From the NCBI RefSeq assembly GCF_000175255.2, contig NC_017262.1, positions 1,050,001 through 1,082,000 on the forward strand: DNA of 32,000 nt, given 5' to 3'. Within the stretch, counting starts at the first letter, position 1. The number at the start of each line of letters is the position of its first letter. Source of the DNA: Zymomonas mobilis subsp. mobilis ATCC 10988 (GTDB lineage: Bacteria > Pseudomonadota > Alphaproteobacteria > Sphingomonadales > Sphingomonadaceae). A program made the translations under genes and the position numbers. Shown piece by piece: positions 9,733 through 23,210 of the stretch. The notes beneath the pieces are model-generated. The model had not been told where the DNA came from, did no database searches, and saw only the letters and a program-made list of their open reading frames with translations.

Positions 9733-10752
9733 ATGGCACCGCCGCGCTCACGTAATTTTGGTTTTTCAAGGCGGGCGCAACTAGGCTTATTTGCAAGTTA
9801 TGTCGTGGCTGTCGGAGGGATTGTTGTGGCCTTGGTCATGTTGATCTTGGCCAATCTCTATCCCGCCAGTTACAATAGCGTCATTGGTTTTATCACTGAT
9901 TGCACCAGCCCGTGGCCGCGTTTAGGCCACGGGGTTGTCACCCTGTTAGATAATAGCCGGGATAATGTTGCGGGCTATATCAAGGCGGGTAGTGAAAATA
10001 TCCGTTTGAAAAAAGAATTGGAGCATCGGCAATCTGACCTTGTGCAATTACAGCTTTTGAAGGCGGATAATGGCAAGCTGAAACGCTTGTTAAATCTGGT
10101 CGATCATACGCCAGAAAAAATAGCTGTCGGGCATATCATCGGTTCCCCCTTGGCAACGAGTAATCGTCGGACGGCGATTATTGATATTGGTTCTTCCTCA
10201 GGGGTCACAAGTGGTATGCCTGTTTTGGCTGCTGAGGGTTTGGTTGGGCGTGTTTTAGCGACGGGGCATTTTTCGGCGCGCATTCTGTTGCTGATTGATC
10301 CTTCCAATACTTTACCCGTCAAAATTGCCCGTTCCGGTGTGGCTGCCTTGGCCGCGGGGCGGGGTGATGGCCCTTTGGATGTCCGGCCATTGATTGCAGG
10401 GCAATCACCTTTCCAAAAAGGTGATCTTTTGGTGACTTCCGGCACTGGAGGAATCTATCCACCTGATATTCCCGTCGCTTTTGTTACGGCTTTGAATAAT
10501 GACGGTGCGGTTGCTTTGCCCGTCGTTAATCCGGCTTCGGTGGATTATATTATGGTTGAAAAAATATTTGAGCCTGATGCCCCGCCGGAACCTTCCCTTG
10601 CGGATAAAATGCCTTCTCAAAAATTGTCCCGCAAGAAAGCGGCCAAAAATAATCCAACGGCGAGAGCTGTCACCCAACCTTTGGCAGGGCAGGCCGCCGA
10701 TAACCCTGTGAACAGCAACAGCGCATCACCGGTATCCAATAAATCCCGATGA
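9733..10752 (+). CDS. mreC: Rod shape-determining protein MreC
   Basis: Position after mreB; N-terminal membrane segment; LKADNGKLKRLLNL, IIGSPLATSNRRTAIIDIGSSSGVTSGMPVLAAEGLVGRVLATG. Confidence 0.92.
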   Translation: MAPPRSRNFGFSRRAQLGLFASYVVAVGGIVVALVMLILANLYPASYNSVIGFITDCTSPWPRLGHGVVTLLDNSRDNVAGYIKAGSENIRLKKELEHRQSDLVQLQLLKADNGKLKRLLNLVDHTPEKIAVGHIIGSPLATSNRRTAIIDIGSSSGVTSGMPVLAAEGLVGRVLATGHFSARILLLIDPSNTLPVKIARSGVAALAAGRGDGPLDVRPLIAGQSPFQKGDLLVTSGTGGIYPPDIPVAFVTALNNDGAVALPVVNPASVDYIMVEKIFEPDAPPEPSLADKMPSQKLSRKKAAKNNPTARAVTQPLAGQAADNPVNSNSASPVSNKSR

Positions 10753-10765
10753 AAGGAAAGCGGTT

Positions 10766-11317
10766 ATGGCTTTGACACCAGTGACGCCTCCTGCGGTAAA
10801 GCCTATTATTGCCAAAGATCAGGATTTGGGATTTTTGCCAATAAAAGCCAAGATTACCCCGATTATTATGGTTTTGTTGGCAAGCCTTTTGGAGACCGAG
10901 CCTTTTGTCGGGGTATTATCCTTCTGGCCTTCTTTAGGATTTTTAACGGCTTTGGGATGGCGATTGTTACGCCCTGAATTATGGCAAGCATGGATGGGGC
11001 TGCCTTTGGGCATGGCTAATGATATTATCAATGGTCAGCCGCCAGCGACTTCTATGATTACATGGACGGCTTGCTTTCTTATGATGGATATTGTCGATAA
11101 TCGGTTGGTATGGCGGAATTATTGGCAGGACTGGATTTTGGCAGCGGTGGCTGTTTTTTCTTCTAGCTTGCTGGCTTTATGTATGTCTTGCGGTTTTAAA
11201 GGGCATTTCGCTATCGCGCTTGTGGCCGATATGCCAAGGATTCTCGTCTCTATCTTGCTGTTTCCGGTGGTTGAATTTTTTTGTTCACTTGTGGATCGCT
11301 GGCGGTTAGCTTTATAA
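10766..11317 (+). CDS. mreD: Rod shape-determining protein MreD (integral membrane)
   Basis: Small hydrophobic protein (183 aa) between mreC and the PBP2 gene; PSLGFLTALGWRLLRPELWQAWMGLPLGMANDIINGQPP. Confidence 0.85.
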   Translation: MALTPVTPPAVKPIIAKDQDLGFLPIKAKITPIIMVLLASLLETEPFVGVLSFWPSLGFLTALGWRLLRPELWQAWMGLPLGMANDIINGQPPATSMITWTACFLMMDIVDNRLVWRNYWQDWILAAVAVFSSSLLALCMSCGFKGHFAIALVADMPRILVSILLFPVVEFFCSLVDRWRLAL

Positions 11318-11426
11318 AATAAGACTAAAATAGTCATCATTGAAAGCAGGACAGCTATTAGGCCGGCTTGTTTTTTGTAGGATTATCCATATTTTCTGCA
11401 CGCGCCCTCTTTCTATTGCGTAATAC

Positions 11427-13376
11427 TTGCCGGATTATTTTTCTGTGAAAAAGCGTAGTCATCTTATTACCCAACATTCGCTCGGCTATAGTTTTTCCCG
11501 CCGTGCTATGCTTTTTGGCGGACTGCAATTGGCAACCGGCAGTTTGTTAGCCATGCGGATGGCTTGGCTATCTGTCGCGGAAAACGAACATTATAGTCTA
11601 ATGGCTGAAGATAATCGGGTGCAGACTGTCTTGATACCGCCAAGACGGGGATGGATTGTTGATCGTCATAATCGGCCAATGGCGATCAATCATACTGATT
11701 TTCGTGTCGATATTATTCCCGATCAAATACAGGATCGGGAACGGGTGATTATTACTTTGGCCGAGCTACTCAATCTCTCTCCAGATGATGTCGATCGGAT
11801 TCGGGAAGATTTGAATAAAGCCGCCGGTTATCAGCCTGTCCCGATTGCCGAGCATCTTGATTACGAGCATTTTGCTGCGATCTCTGTCCGTTTGCCTGAA
11901 ATGGCCGGAGTAGCGCCACAAAGAAGTTATGCCCGTTATTATCCAAATGGCTCTGCAGTCGGACATTTAATCGGTTATGTCGGCGCAGCGACAACTGATG
12001 ATTATAAGAAAAATCACGATCCTTTGTTAATTACACCCGGATTTAAAATTGGGAAACAAGGGTTAGAAAAAACTTTTGATAATTATCTAAGAGGGGTTCC
12101 GGGTGCCAAGCGTTCCGAAGTGACGGCGCGCGGACGGTTAGTGCGTGATCTGGAGAATAAGCCTGATCAGCCCGGTAAAAAGCTGCCTTTAACAATTGAT
12201 GCTGGTTTACAGGATTATGCGGCGCGGCGCATTGGAGATAACAGCGCAGCCGTTGTTGTGATTGATACCGAAAATGGGGATATTTTGGCGCAAGTATCCA
12301 TGCCCTGTTTTGATCCCAATGATTTTGCCGATGGTATCAGTCATCGAGAATGGCAAAGTCTGTCTCAAGATGACCACCATCCCTTGATCGATAAAACGAT
12401 TGCGGGTCTTTACCCCCCCGGCTCGACAGTCAAGCCGATGAATGCGCTGGCTTTGCTGGAATTGGGCATTGATCCTTATGAAACGGTCAATTGCACTGGC
12501 AGTTATCAATTGGGCAGTAGTTTATTCCATTGTTGGCGGCGGCAAGGTCATGGCCCCGTCAATATGCATACGGCAATCACGCAAAGTTGTGACGTCTATT
12601 TTTACGCTATGGCGCATCGGGTTGGTATGGAGCCTTTGGCAGATATGATGCGTCAATTAGGACTGGGTGCCAGTTACCATCTGCCTTTGGGATCAGAACA
12701 TTATGGCACGGTTCCTGACCCTGCATGGAAATTGAAAAAATATCATCGCAATTGGACGGCGGCAGATACTTTGAATGCCTCGATCGGGCAGGGGGATGTT
12801 TTGGCCAATCCGTTGCAATTGGCTGTGATGGCGGCGCGATTGGCTTCGGGAAAACAGATTACGCCTCGGCTGATCCGCTCAAAAGAAATCCCTATGCCCG
12901 CCAAATTGAACGCCAAAGAATCCCATCTTGATTTTATTCGGCAGGCCATGCGGGATGTGGTGAATGGGGGGGGCACCGGTGGTGCTGCAAGATTATATGT
13001 TCCCGGTGTTGAATTGGCGGGGAAAACCGGAACGGCGCAGGTTCGGCGTATTTCAATGGCTGAACGTGGGCGCGGTGTGTTGAAAAATTCACAATTGGCT
13101 TGGCGGATGCGCGATCATGCCTTGTTTGTTTGCTTTGCACCGACAGATAACCCACGTTATGCCGCCTCGGTTGTTGTCGAACATGGTGGACATATTGACT
13201 CCGCTACGGATGGACCGGCTATTGCACGCGATGTCCTGACCTATTTGTTTGATCCCGATCGTGCTATGGCCAGTTTGAACGCTTTGGAAGTGTCGTGGGG
13301 TGGGGATCTTGCGAGCCGTATGCGTATGCGGTCGGAAAATGCCTCGAAAGCTCCATCTAAACCCAATATGACTTAG
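11427..13376 (+). CDS. mrdA: Penicillin-binding protein 2 (MrdA)
   Basis: N-terminal TM segment, RGWIVDRHNRPMAINHTDFRVDIIPDQI, transpeptidase motifs AGLYPPGSTVKPM (SxxK), ELAGKTGTAQV (KTGT). Confidence 0.95.
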   Translation: MPDYFSVKKRSHLITQHSLGYSFSRRAMLFGGLQLATGSLLAMRMAWLSVAENEHYSLMAEDNRVQTVLIPPRRGWIVDRHNRPMAINHTDFRVDIIPDQIQDRERVIITLAELLNLSPDDVDRIREDLNKAAGYQPVPIAEHLDYEHFAAISVRLPEMAGVAPQRSYARYYPNGSAVGHLIGYVGAATTDDYKKNHDPLLITPGFKIGKQGLEKTFDNYLRGVPGAKRSEVTARGRLVRDLENKPDQPGKKLPLTIDAGLQDYAARRIGDNSAAVVVIDTENGDILAQVSMPCFDPNDFADGISHREWQSLSQDDHHPLIDKTIAGLYPPGSTVKPMNALALLELGIDPYETVNCTGSYQLGSSLFHCWRRQGHGPVNMHTAITQSCDVYFYAMAHRVGMEPLADMMRQLGLGASYHLPLGSEHYGTVPDPAWKLKKYHRNWTAADTLNASIGQGDVLANPLQLAVMAARLASGKQITPRLIRSKEIPMPAKLNAKESHLDFIRQAMRDVVNGGGTGGAARLYVPGVELAGKTGTAQVRRISMAERGRGVLKNSQLAWRMRDHALFVCFAPTDNPRYAASVVVEHGGHIDSATDGPAIARDVLTYLFDPDRAMASLNALEVSWGGDLASRMRMRSENASKAPSKPNMT

Positions 13377-13387
13377 GCGAAATCGGG

Positions 13388-14494
13388 ATGTTGTCCTTAG
13401 TACCTGCTCCTATTCGGCAGTTGCCGTGGAAGCTTTTGCTTCTGGTTATGGCTGTTGGCAGTTTTGGATTGGTTGTTTTATATTCGGCTGGAGGTGGGCT
13501 GCATCCTTGGGCGTTGAATCAAGGGCTGCGTTTCGTTTTCTTTATTTTTGTCGCGATTGCTATCAGCCGTATAGATCAGGGCAGTTTGAAGCAAATTTCT
13601 TGGCCGCTTTACGGCGGGTTATTGCTCCTCCTTATTTTTGTCGAGCTATTTGGCTTTGTAGGTGGCGGTAGTCGGCGATGGCTTAATCTGGGGATTATGA
13701 CCCTTCAGCCTTCGGAATTGATGAAGTTGGCGATTGTCCTTGCGATTTCCCGTTTTTATGATTTGCTGCCTGCGGGTGAGATTAGAACCTTTTCCGCTAT
13801 GTGGCCTGCGGCTGTTTTAATTTTGGTTCCGGCGCTTCTTGTTGCAGTTCAGCCTGACCTTGGAACGGCATTGATGATTGTCGCGGGGGGGGTAATTGTC
13901 TGTTTTTTGGCTGGATTGCCCTTATGGCTATTTATCGGGGGCGGTGTGTCCTTGGCGGCGATTGCGCCGCTCGCTTTCTTTTTTCTATTGCATGATTATC
14001 AGCGCAATCGGGTTTTGATCTTTTTAACGCCTGAAAGTGACCCTTTGGGGCGAGGATATCATATCAGTCAGTCCAAAATCGCGATTGGTTCAGGTGGTAT
14101 TTTTGGCAAGGGATTTTTGAATGGCACTCAGAGCCATCTCGATTACTTGCCTGAACGTCACACCGATTTTGTTTTTGCAACAATGGCCGAGGAATGGGGA
14201 CTGATCGGAGGGCTGTTCATTATTGTCAGTTTTATGATTATCATCAGCTGGGGCATGAAGGTGGCATTAAATGCGCCGTCACGTTTCGCCAAATTAACGG
14301 CAGCAGGCCTATCTTCGACTATTTTTTTCTATGTTGCGATCAATCTAGCTATGGTTATGGGGATGGCACCCGTAGTGGGCATTCCACTGCCTTTAGTCTC
14401 TAATGGTGGCTCGGCAATGATGAATGTGATGATTTGTTTAGGGCTGCTCATGGCGATTGATCGTTGGACACGCTATCCCAAAAAAGGATTTTGA
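13388..14494 (+). CDS. rodA: Rod shape-determining protein RodA (SEDS glycosyltransferase)
   Basis: Polytopic; QPDLGTALMI, IAIGSGGIFGKGFLNGTQSHLDYLPERHTDFVFATMAEEWGLIGG, PLVSNGGSAM. Confidence 0.96.
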   Translation: MLSLVPAPIRQLPWKLLLLVMAVGSFGLVVLYSAGGGLHPWALNQGLRFVFFIFVAIAISRIDQGSLKQISWPLYGGLLLLLIFVELFGFVGGGSRRWLNLGIMTLQPSELMKLAIVLAISRFYDLLPAGEIRTFSAMWPAAVLILVPALLVAVQPDLGTALMIVAGGVIVCFLAGLPLWLFIGGGVSLAAIAPLAFFFLLHDYQRNRVLIFLTPESDPLGRGYHISQSKIAIGSGGIFGKGFLNGTQSHLDYLPERHTDFVFATMAEEWGLIGGLFIIVSFMIIISWGMKVALNAPSRFAKLTAAGLSSTIFFYVAINLAMVMGMAPVVGIPLPLVSNGGSAMMNVMICLGLLMAIDRWTRYPKKGF

Positions 14495-15119
14495 TCTGGC
14501 CTTGAGCCCATAGAGTATTTTGGCATACTCGATTGAGCCAACCTATTGTCTGAAGATTTTTCAAAGAAAGTTATAAGGTCTTATTTTTGTTATTATGATT
14601 ATTTTAAAATATAAAAATATTTTATTATTTCATTTTTTAGTATATAAATTTTTATTGATTTTATTCTTGGTAAGAATGTCCTTTGAAATTTATAGGTTGT
14701 CTTGAATGATTTTTAGAATAAATTTTTCATATAAATAGCTTTTTATAAAAATAAATAATAATAGATCGCGGTTTCTTTAAATTATATTTTAAAAAATTTT
14801 AGCGAAGTGAATATATAAAATATAGTGATGCATTATAATTCTAAATTACGGTTATATTTATTATATTTGAAATAATTATATAATTTAAAGTGTAAAAATA
14901 ACAAATTATTTCTATTTTTCTGAATTTTTTTTTAATTTACTTATCGTTTTCTTTGTTTTACCCCTTTCTTGTTAGCTAGTTTTTTAAGGGGGGTGTATAG
15001 TAAAGCCTTAGATATTTCCGCTATTGATATCAATTCACATAGAAAAAGTATGACTGATTATAAGATATTTATTTTCAGATCTTTATACTTCAAAACTATG
15101 AATGGAAATAAAGATATAC

Positions 15120-16094
15120 ATGAAGTTAATCTGTAATTTTGGAATAACATTTGGATTATTCCTTGTACCCTCTTCCGTTTTTGCTACTCAAAGCAGTTTA
15201 TCTTCTAATTACCAGCAATGGTACACAGGTTCGCTTTTATCACCATCCGGCGCATTGCGTCAGGGCGGTGTCACAATCGAACCGTATATATCTTATAATC
15301 GTCCTATAGATAGTGTGGATGCTTTTGGCCACAAAGGTCCTATCTACGGTGGCACCCAAAGCATTGTTAATACAACACTCGTTAAATATGGCATTACCAA
15401 CCATTTGAGCGTTCAGCTTCATCCTCAATTTTTTTATAAATGGCGTTCCACTTATGGGAACGGGGGTGGTCAGCCTCGGGTCGGCGATTTACCGCTTGAT
15501 TTCATTTGGCGTTTTGTTGATCCGAATGAAAGTCGTCTTATTCCGGCTGTGATGCTTCAGAGTGGTATCTCTTTCCCGACAGGTCGTTATGACCATTTGA
15601 ATTCTGATAAAACCAATGCCGGTGGTAATGGTAACTATGTTTTCCGCGCTGCTTTGGTAACCCAATCGACTTATCGTATTGCGGGTCATGCTTTGCGGGT
15701 TCGTGGATGGGCTAATATCCGTAAATCTGTCCGTGATGCTGAAATCCATGGCATTAGTAGCTATGGAACCAGTAAAGATTTTATTGGTCATGCGGAAACC
15801 GGCACGAGTGGCGAGGGCGGTATTTCCGTTGAATATGGTATCAATCAACGTTGAGTTCTGGCCTGTGACGTTGCCCGTGATTGGTCTTATGGTTCCAAGG
15901 TCAAGGGTTATAATAATGCCGTTGATTATGTTGAAAAGAAAGGGCAGGGATCCGGTGCTTGGGTGGTTGCCCCGGCTGTCGAATATAACTGGTCAGCTCG
16001 CTATGGTATTATCGCCGGTGTTTCTACGCCTTTCTGGGGCAGAAATACGACTGAAAGCCTGTCAGGACAGGTCGCTTTTGATATGGTTTTCTAG
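15120..16094 (+). pseudogene. Outer-membrane beta-barrel/porin-like protein, interrupted by an in-frame TGA at 15852-15854
   Basis: MKLICNFGITFGLFLVPSSVFA signal peptide (alternative start 15102), barrel-like alternation, reading to YGINQR then TGA at 15852. The same frame continues as VLACDVARDWSYGSKVKGYNNAVDYVEKKGQGSGAWVVAPAVEYNWSARYGIIAGVSTPFWGRNTTESLSGQVAFDMVF with TAG at 16092-16094; a terminal Phe is typical of outer-membrane barrels. Confidence 0.75.
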
Positions 16095-16191
16095 TCACTT
16101 TTTATATTACCCAATCCATAATGGTTTTGAATATAAAATTTAACCGCTTTCTACGCTTGTTTCCGGCGCTGGGGTTTATCATATCCAAGAT

Positions 16192-18369
16192 ATGACTATC
16201 GCGATCCGCACGACGCTTGATGAGCCAGAAAATCATTTCGATTTTGTGCCTCATCGCCCCAGCCGCCCTGAAAAAACAGAGCCGTCAAAACCGTTTCGTC
16301 TTGTTTCCGATTACGAGCCAGCGGGTGATCAGCCGCAGGCCATTAGCGCCTTGTGTAAAGATATTCAAAAAGGCGAGCGGGATCAGGTTCTGTTAGGGGT
16401 AACCGGATCCGGTAAGACCTTTACCATGGCAAAAGTCATTGAGAAATTACAGCGGCCTAGTTTGATATTGGCGCCTAATAAAATTCTGGCTGCCCAGCTT
16501 TATGGTGAGTTTAAACGCTTTTTTCCTGAAAATGCGGTCGAATTTTTCGTGAGCTATTACGATTATTATCAGCCGGAAGCCTATGTGCCGAGGACAGATA
16601 CCTATATCGAAAAAGATAGCGCCATCAATGAAGCGATAGACCGGATGCGCCATGCGGCAACGCGTTCTTTATTAGAGCGCGAAGATGTTATTATCGTGGC
16701 CTCGGTTTCTTGTCTTTATGGTATCGGTTCGGTTGATACCTATTCATCCATGACCTTTCGTTTATTGAAAGGTCAATTAGTCGATCAGCGGGAAATTATT
16801 CGCCGTTTGGTTGCTTTACAGTATAAGCGCAATGAGGTTGCCTTTGGACGAGGTTCTTTCCGTGTCAAAGGCGATACCCTTGAGATATTTCCATCCCATT
16901 ATGAAGATATGGCTTGGCGTATCAGCTTTTTCGGGGATGAAATCGAAGAAATTTCTGAATTCGATCCTTTGACTGGGGTGAAGATCGCTAAACTCGACCA
17001 GATTAAAATTTATGCTAATTCTCATTATGTGACACCAGAACCGACTTTGAAGGCTGCTAATAATGCGATCCGGCGCGAGTTGGACAACCGTTTGCGGGAA
17101 TTCAAAGCTGAAGGTAAATTACTGGAAGCGCAGCGATTGGAAGAGCGCACCGAATTCGATCTGGAAATGATGGCTGCAACCGGTGCTTGTTCCGGTATTG
17201 AAAATTATTCCCGCTTTCTGACCGGACGCGCCCCCGGAGAACCTCCGCCTACTTTATTTGAATATTTGCCTGATAATGCTTTGTTATTTGTGGATGAAAG
17301 CCATCAGACGATTCCGCAAATTAACGGTATGTCACGGGGTGATTATCGCCGTAAAACGACTTTGGCTGATTATGGCTTCCGCTTGCCTTCCTGTATTGAT
17401 AACCGACCTCTTCGGTTTGAAGAATGGAATGCGATGCGTCCGCAAACCGTCTATGTTTCTGCAACGCCGGGACCGTGGGAATTGGAGCAAACTGGCGGCG
17501 TTTTTGTCGAACAGATTATTCGACCGACGGGGCTGGTTGATCCTGCAATCGAAGTTCGACCGATTGAAGAGCAGGTTGATAATCTGATCTTTGAAGCCAA
17601 GAAAACGGCGGCGGCCGGATGGCGTTCTTTGGTGACGACCTTGACCAAGAGAATGGCTGAGGATTTGACTGAATATATGTATGAAGCGGGGTTGAAAGTC
17701 CGTTACATGCATTCCGATGTCGAAACGATCGAACGCATCGAGCTTATTCGGGATTTGAGATTAGGCGTTTATGACGTCTTGATCGGTATCAACCTGTTGC
17801 GAGAAGGCTTGGATATCCCAGAATGTGGATTAGTGGCCGTATTAGATGCTGATAAAGAAGGCTTTTTGCGGTCTGAAACTTCACTGATTCAGACGATCGG
17901 TCGAGCTGCGCGTAATGCCGAAGGGCGTGTTATTTTGTATGGTGACAAGATAACCGGTTCGATGGCGCGGGCTATGGCAGAAACTGAACGCCGCCGGATT
18001 AAGCAGATTGCCTGGAATAAAGCGCATAATATTACACCTGCAACGGTTAAGCGGCAGGTCGATGATATTGTCGGTCATTTCGGTGTTATCGACAGTAGTG
18101 AGGCCGCCGCTACCATCGAAAATCATGATCCGAAGGTTTTGGCACGTTCTATTTCCGAGACTGAAAAAGAGATGTTAGAAGCCGCCGCTAATTTGGAATT
18201 TGAAAAAGCGGCACAATTAAGAGATGTCTTGCACCAGTTGAAAAGACAGGAATTGGGACTGCCTCCTGAAAAGTCGTCTGAGATCCAAGGTCGGTCTGAA
18301 GCCGGACGTCCCGGCACTCGAAAAACCAGAAGTGACAAAGCTAGGCTCAGGACTCATTCTTTGAGATAG
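16192..18369 (+). CDS. uvrB: UvrABC system protein B; last codons contributed by an inserted IS element
   Basis: [77 protein letters not shown]; C-terminal UVR motif [24 protein letters not shown]. Final residues LRTHSLR are read from the IS end. Confidence 0.97.
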   Translation: MTIAIRTTLDEPENHFDFVPHRPSRPEKTEPSKPFRLVSDYEPAGDQPQAISALCKDIQKGERDQVLLGVTGSGKTFTMAKVIEKLQRPSLILAPNKILAAQLYGEFKRFFPENAVEFFVSYYDYYQPEAYVPRTDTYIEKDSAINEAIDRMRHAATRSLLEREDVIIVASVSCLYGIGSVDTYSSMTFRLLKGQLVDQREIIRRLVALQYKRNEVAFGRGSFRVKGDTLEIFPSHYEDMAWRISFFGDEIEEISEFDPLTGVKIAKLDQIKIYANSHYVTPEPTLKAANNAIRRELDNRLREFKAEGKLLEAQRLEERTEFDLEMMAATGACSGIENYSRFLTGRAPGEPPPTLFEYLPDNALLFVDESHQTIPQINGMSRGDYRRKTTLADYGFRLPSCIDNRPLRFEEWNAMRPQTVYVSATPGPWELEQTGGVFVEQIIRPTGLVDPAIEVRPIEEQVDNLIFEAKKTAAAGWRSLVTTLTKRMAEDLTEYMYEAGLKVRYMHSDVETIERIELIRDLRLGVYDVLIGINLLREGLDIPECGLVAVLDADKEGFLRSETSLIQTIGRAARNAEGRVILYGDKITGSMARAMAETERRRIKQIAWNKAHNITPATVKRQVDDIVGHFGVIDSSEAAATIENHDPKVLARSISETEKEMLEAAANLEFEKAAQLRDVLHQLKRQELGLPPEKSSEIQGRSEAGRPGTRKTRSDKARLRTHSLR

Positions 18370-19189
18370 AAGATGAAACTTGCTGCGATATGGATTGCTG
18401 ACATGAATGTGTGAGCGCACCGGTCGTATCGTGTTGCGACACGCCGCCAGTCTTTGAGCTTTGCGAACATATTTTCGATGAGGTGACGCTTTTTATACAG
18501 ATGCCAGTCGTAAGGCGGCTTTGATTTCCGGTTCTTCTTCGGCGGAATACAGGCGGTGATATTCCGGTCTGCGAGAGACTGTCTGATTTTATTACTGTCG
18601 TATCCCCGGTCCCCGAGAATTTCTTGTGTTTCTTCCGGCAGATTTGCCAGCAGAACATCCGCGCCTTTGAAGTCACTGACCTGACCTGCGGTCAGATGCA
18701 GCCGGACAGGGCGGCCCTGACTATCGCATACAGCGTGAAGCTTTGAGTTCAGTCCGCCTTTCGTGCGTCCGATATGGCGGGGAAAAGCCCCTTTTTGAGC
18801 AGGGAGGCCGCTGTCCGGTGTGCTTTCAGATGTGTTGCATCGATCATCAGACGCTTTGAACGGCCTGCCTGCTCCGTCAGGGCGACGAAGATCCGGTCAA
18901 AGACACCCAGGCGGCTCCACCGGATAAACCGGTTGTATAAAGTCTTGTGCGGGCCATACGCTTTCGGGGCGTCTTTCCACTGAAGGCCGTTGCGGATCAC
19001 GTAAACGATCCCGCTCAGGACACGACGGTCATCGACACGCGGCACACCATGCGCCAGTGGAAAAAACGGCTTAATCCGTTCCATCTGGTGCTCAGACAGC
19101 AAAAACACGTCACTCACAGCTTCACCTCCATCGGTAAACCTGTGAATCACAACAGCCCGCTCAACTCAAGAAATTAACAGGTCCTGAGC
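18345..19189 (-). mobile_element. IS5-family (IS427-group-like) insertion sequence, about 845 bp, inserted into the 3' end of uvrB
   Basis: Terminal inverted repeats: left GCTCAGGAC (18345-18353), right GTCCTGAGC (19181-19189); flanked by CTAG at 18341-18344 and 19190-19193 (candidate target duplication; alternatively a TA duplication with 10 bp repeats). Encodes a two-frame DDE transposase on the minus strand. Confidence 0.92.
18354..19150 (-). CDS. IS5-family transposase, two overlapping frames (orfA + orfB) probably joined by a -1 frameshift
   Basis: orfA 18749..19150 (start may be GTG near 19114): [77 protein letters not shown]...[21 protein letters not shown]. The -1 frame continues [144 protein letters not shown], stop at 18354-18356. 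Confidence 0.88.
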
Positions 19190-19193
19190 CTAG

Positions 19194-19263
19194 AGAAGCC
19201 AAGGCTTCTAAGCGCGTCAAGCAAGAAGCCGGTGAAAAATTATTGAGATCGCGAGGGCATTGA
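19194..19263 (+). pseudogene. Displaced native 3' end of uvrB
   Basis: Removing the IS and one CTAG copy restores frame: ...SDKA-REAKASKRVKQEAGEKLLRSRGH-TGA (19261-19263). Confidence 0.85.
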
Positions 19264-19277
19264 TTGGGGAATAGGGT

Positions 19278-19342
19278 GAGGTCTCTGCCTTGAAGTATAC
19301 AATCTTGAAAAAGGCCGAGACCTCAAAATTTTTATTTTTTGC
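19278..19342 (+). terminator. Rho-independent terminator, probably the native uvrB terminator
   Basis: GAGGTCTCTGCCTT (19278-19291) pairs 13/14 with AAGGCCGAGACCTC (19311-19324), followed by a T-rich tract (AAAATTTTTATTTTTT). Confidence 0.8.
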
Positions 19343-19360
19343 TATACCCTTATTTCGTAA

Positions 19361-22838
<3,478 letters not shown>

Positions 22839-23210
22839 TAATGCTTGAGTAATTTCTTGAAATTTATATAGGTTTTTCCAAATTTTATTGGCTTTTGATA
22901 TTTTTTAAAAAGAAAACTGTTTTTTTAAACACTTATGTTGCCTTCTTATTAGAAAATTTTGTTTTACTTGCGTTGTCATCAATCAAGGATAAGTAAAAAA
23001 ATAATCGTAGATGATCGACGCAAATATTGTTCCAATAATGATAAGGAGGTTCCAAAATCGGTTCAATAGGAGTAATCCGTATTCAGTTTATCGCCAAGGA
23101 TTCGGTTTGTGATGTTATTTTTGGTCAGAAACTAAAATAAGACCAATGTTTAACATTGCCGATACTCGGCGATTGTAAGATTTACAGATTAAGGCGGGAG
23201 AGGAATCGCC

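Noticed and set aside
15679-16143. 154 aa ORF overlapping the end of the porin-like gene
   Set aside because: I considered whether it was a frameshifted continuation. The true continuation is in the original frame after the TGA and ends in AFDMVF; this ORF is an out-of-frame shadow.
18347-18676. 109 aa minus-strand ORF listed within the IS
   Set aside because: It is not the transposase frame. The recognisable orfB sequence ([14 protein letters not shown]...DRGYDSNK...[10 protein letters not shown]) is in another frame and lacks its own ATG.
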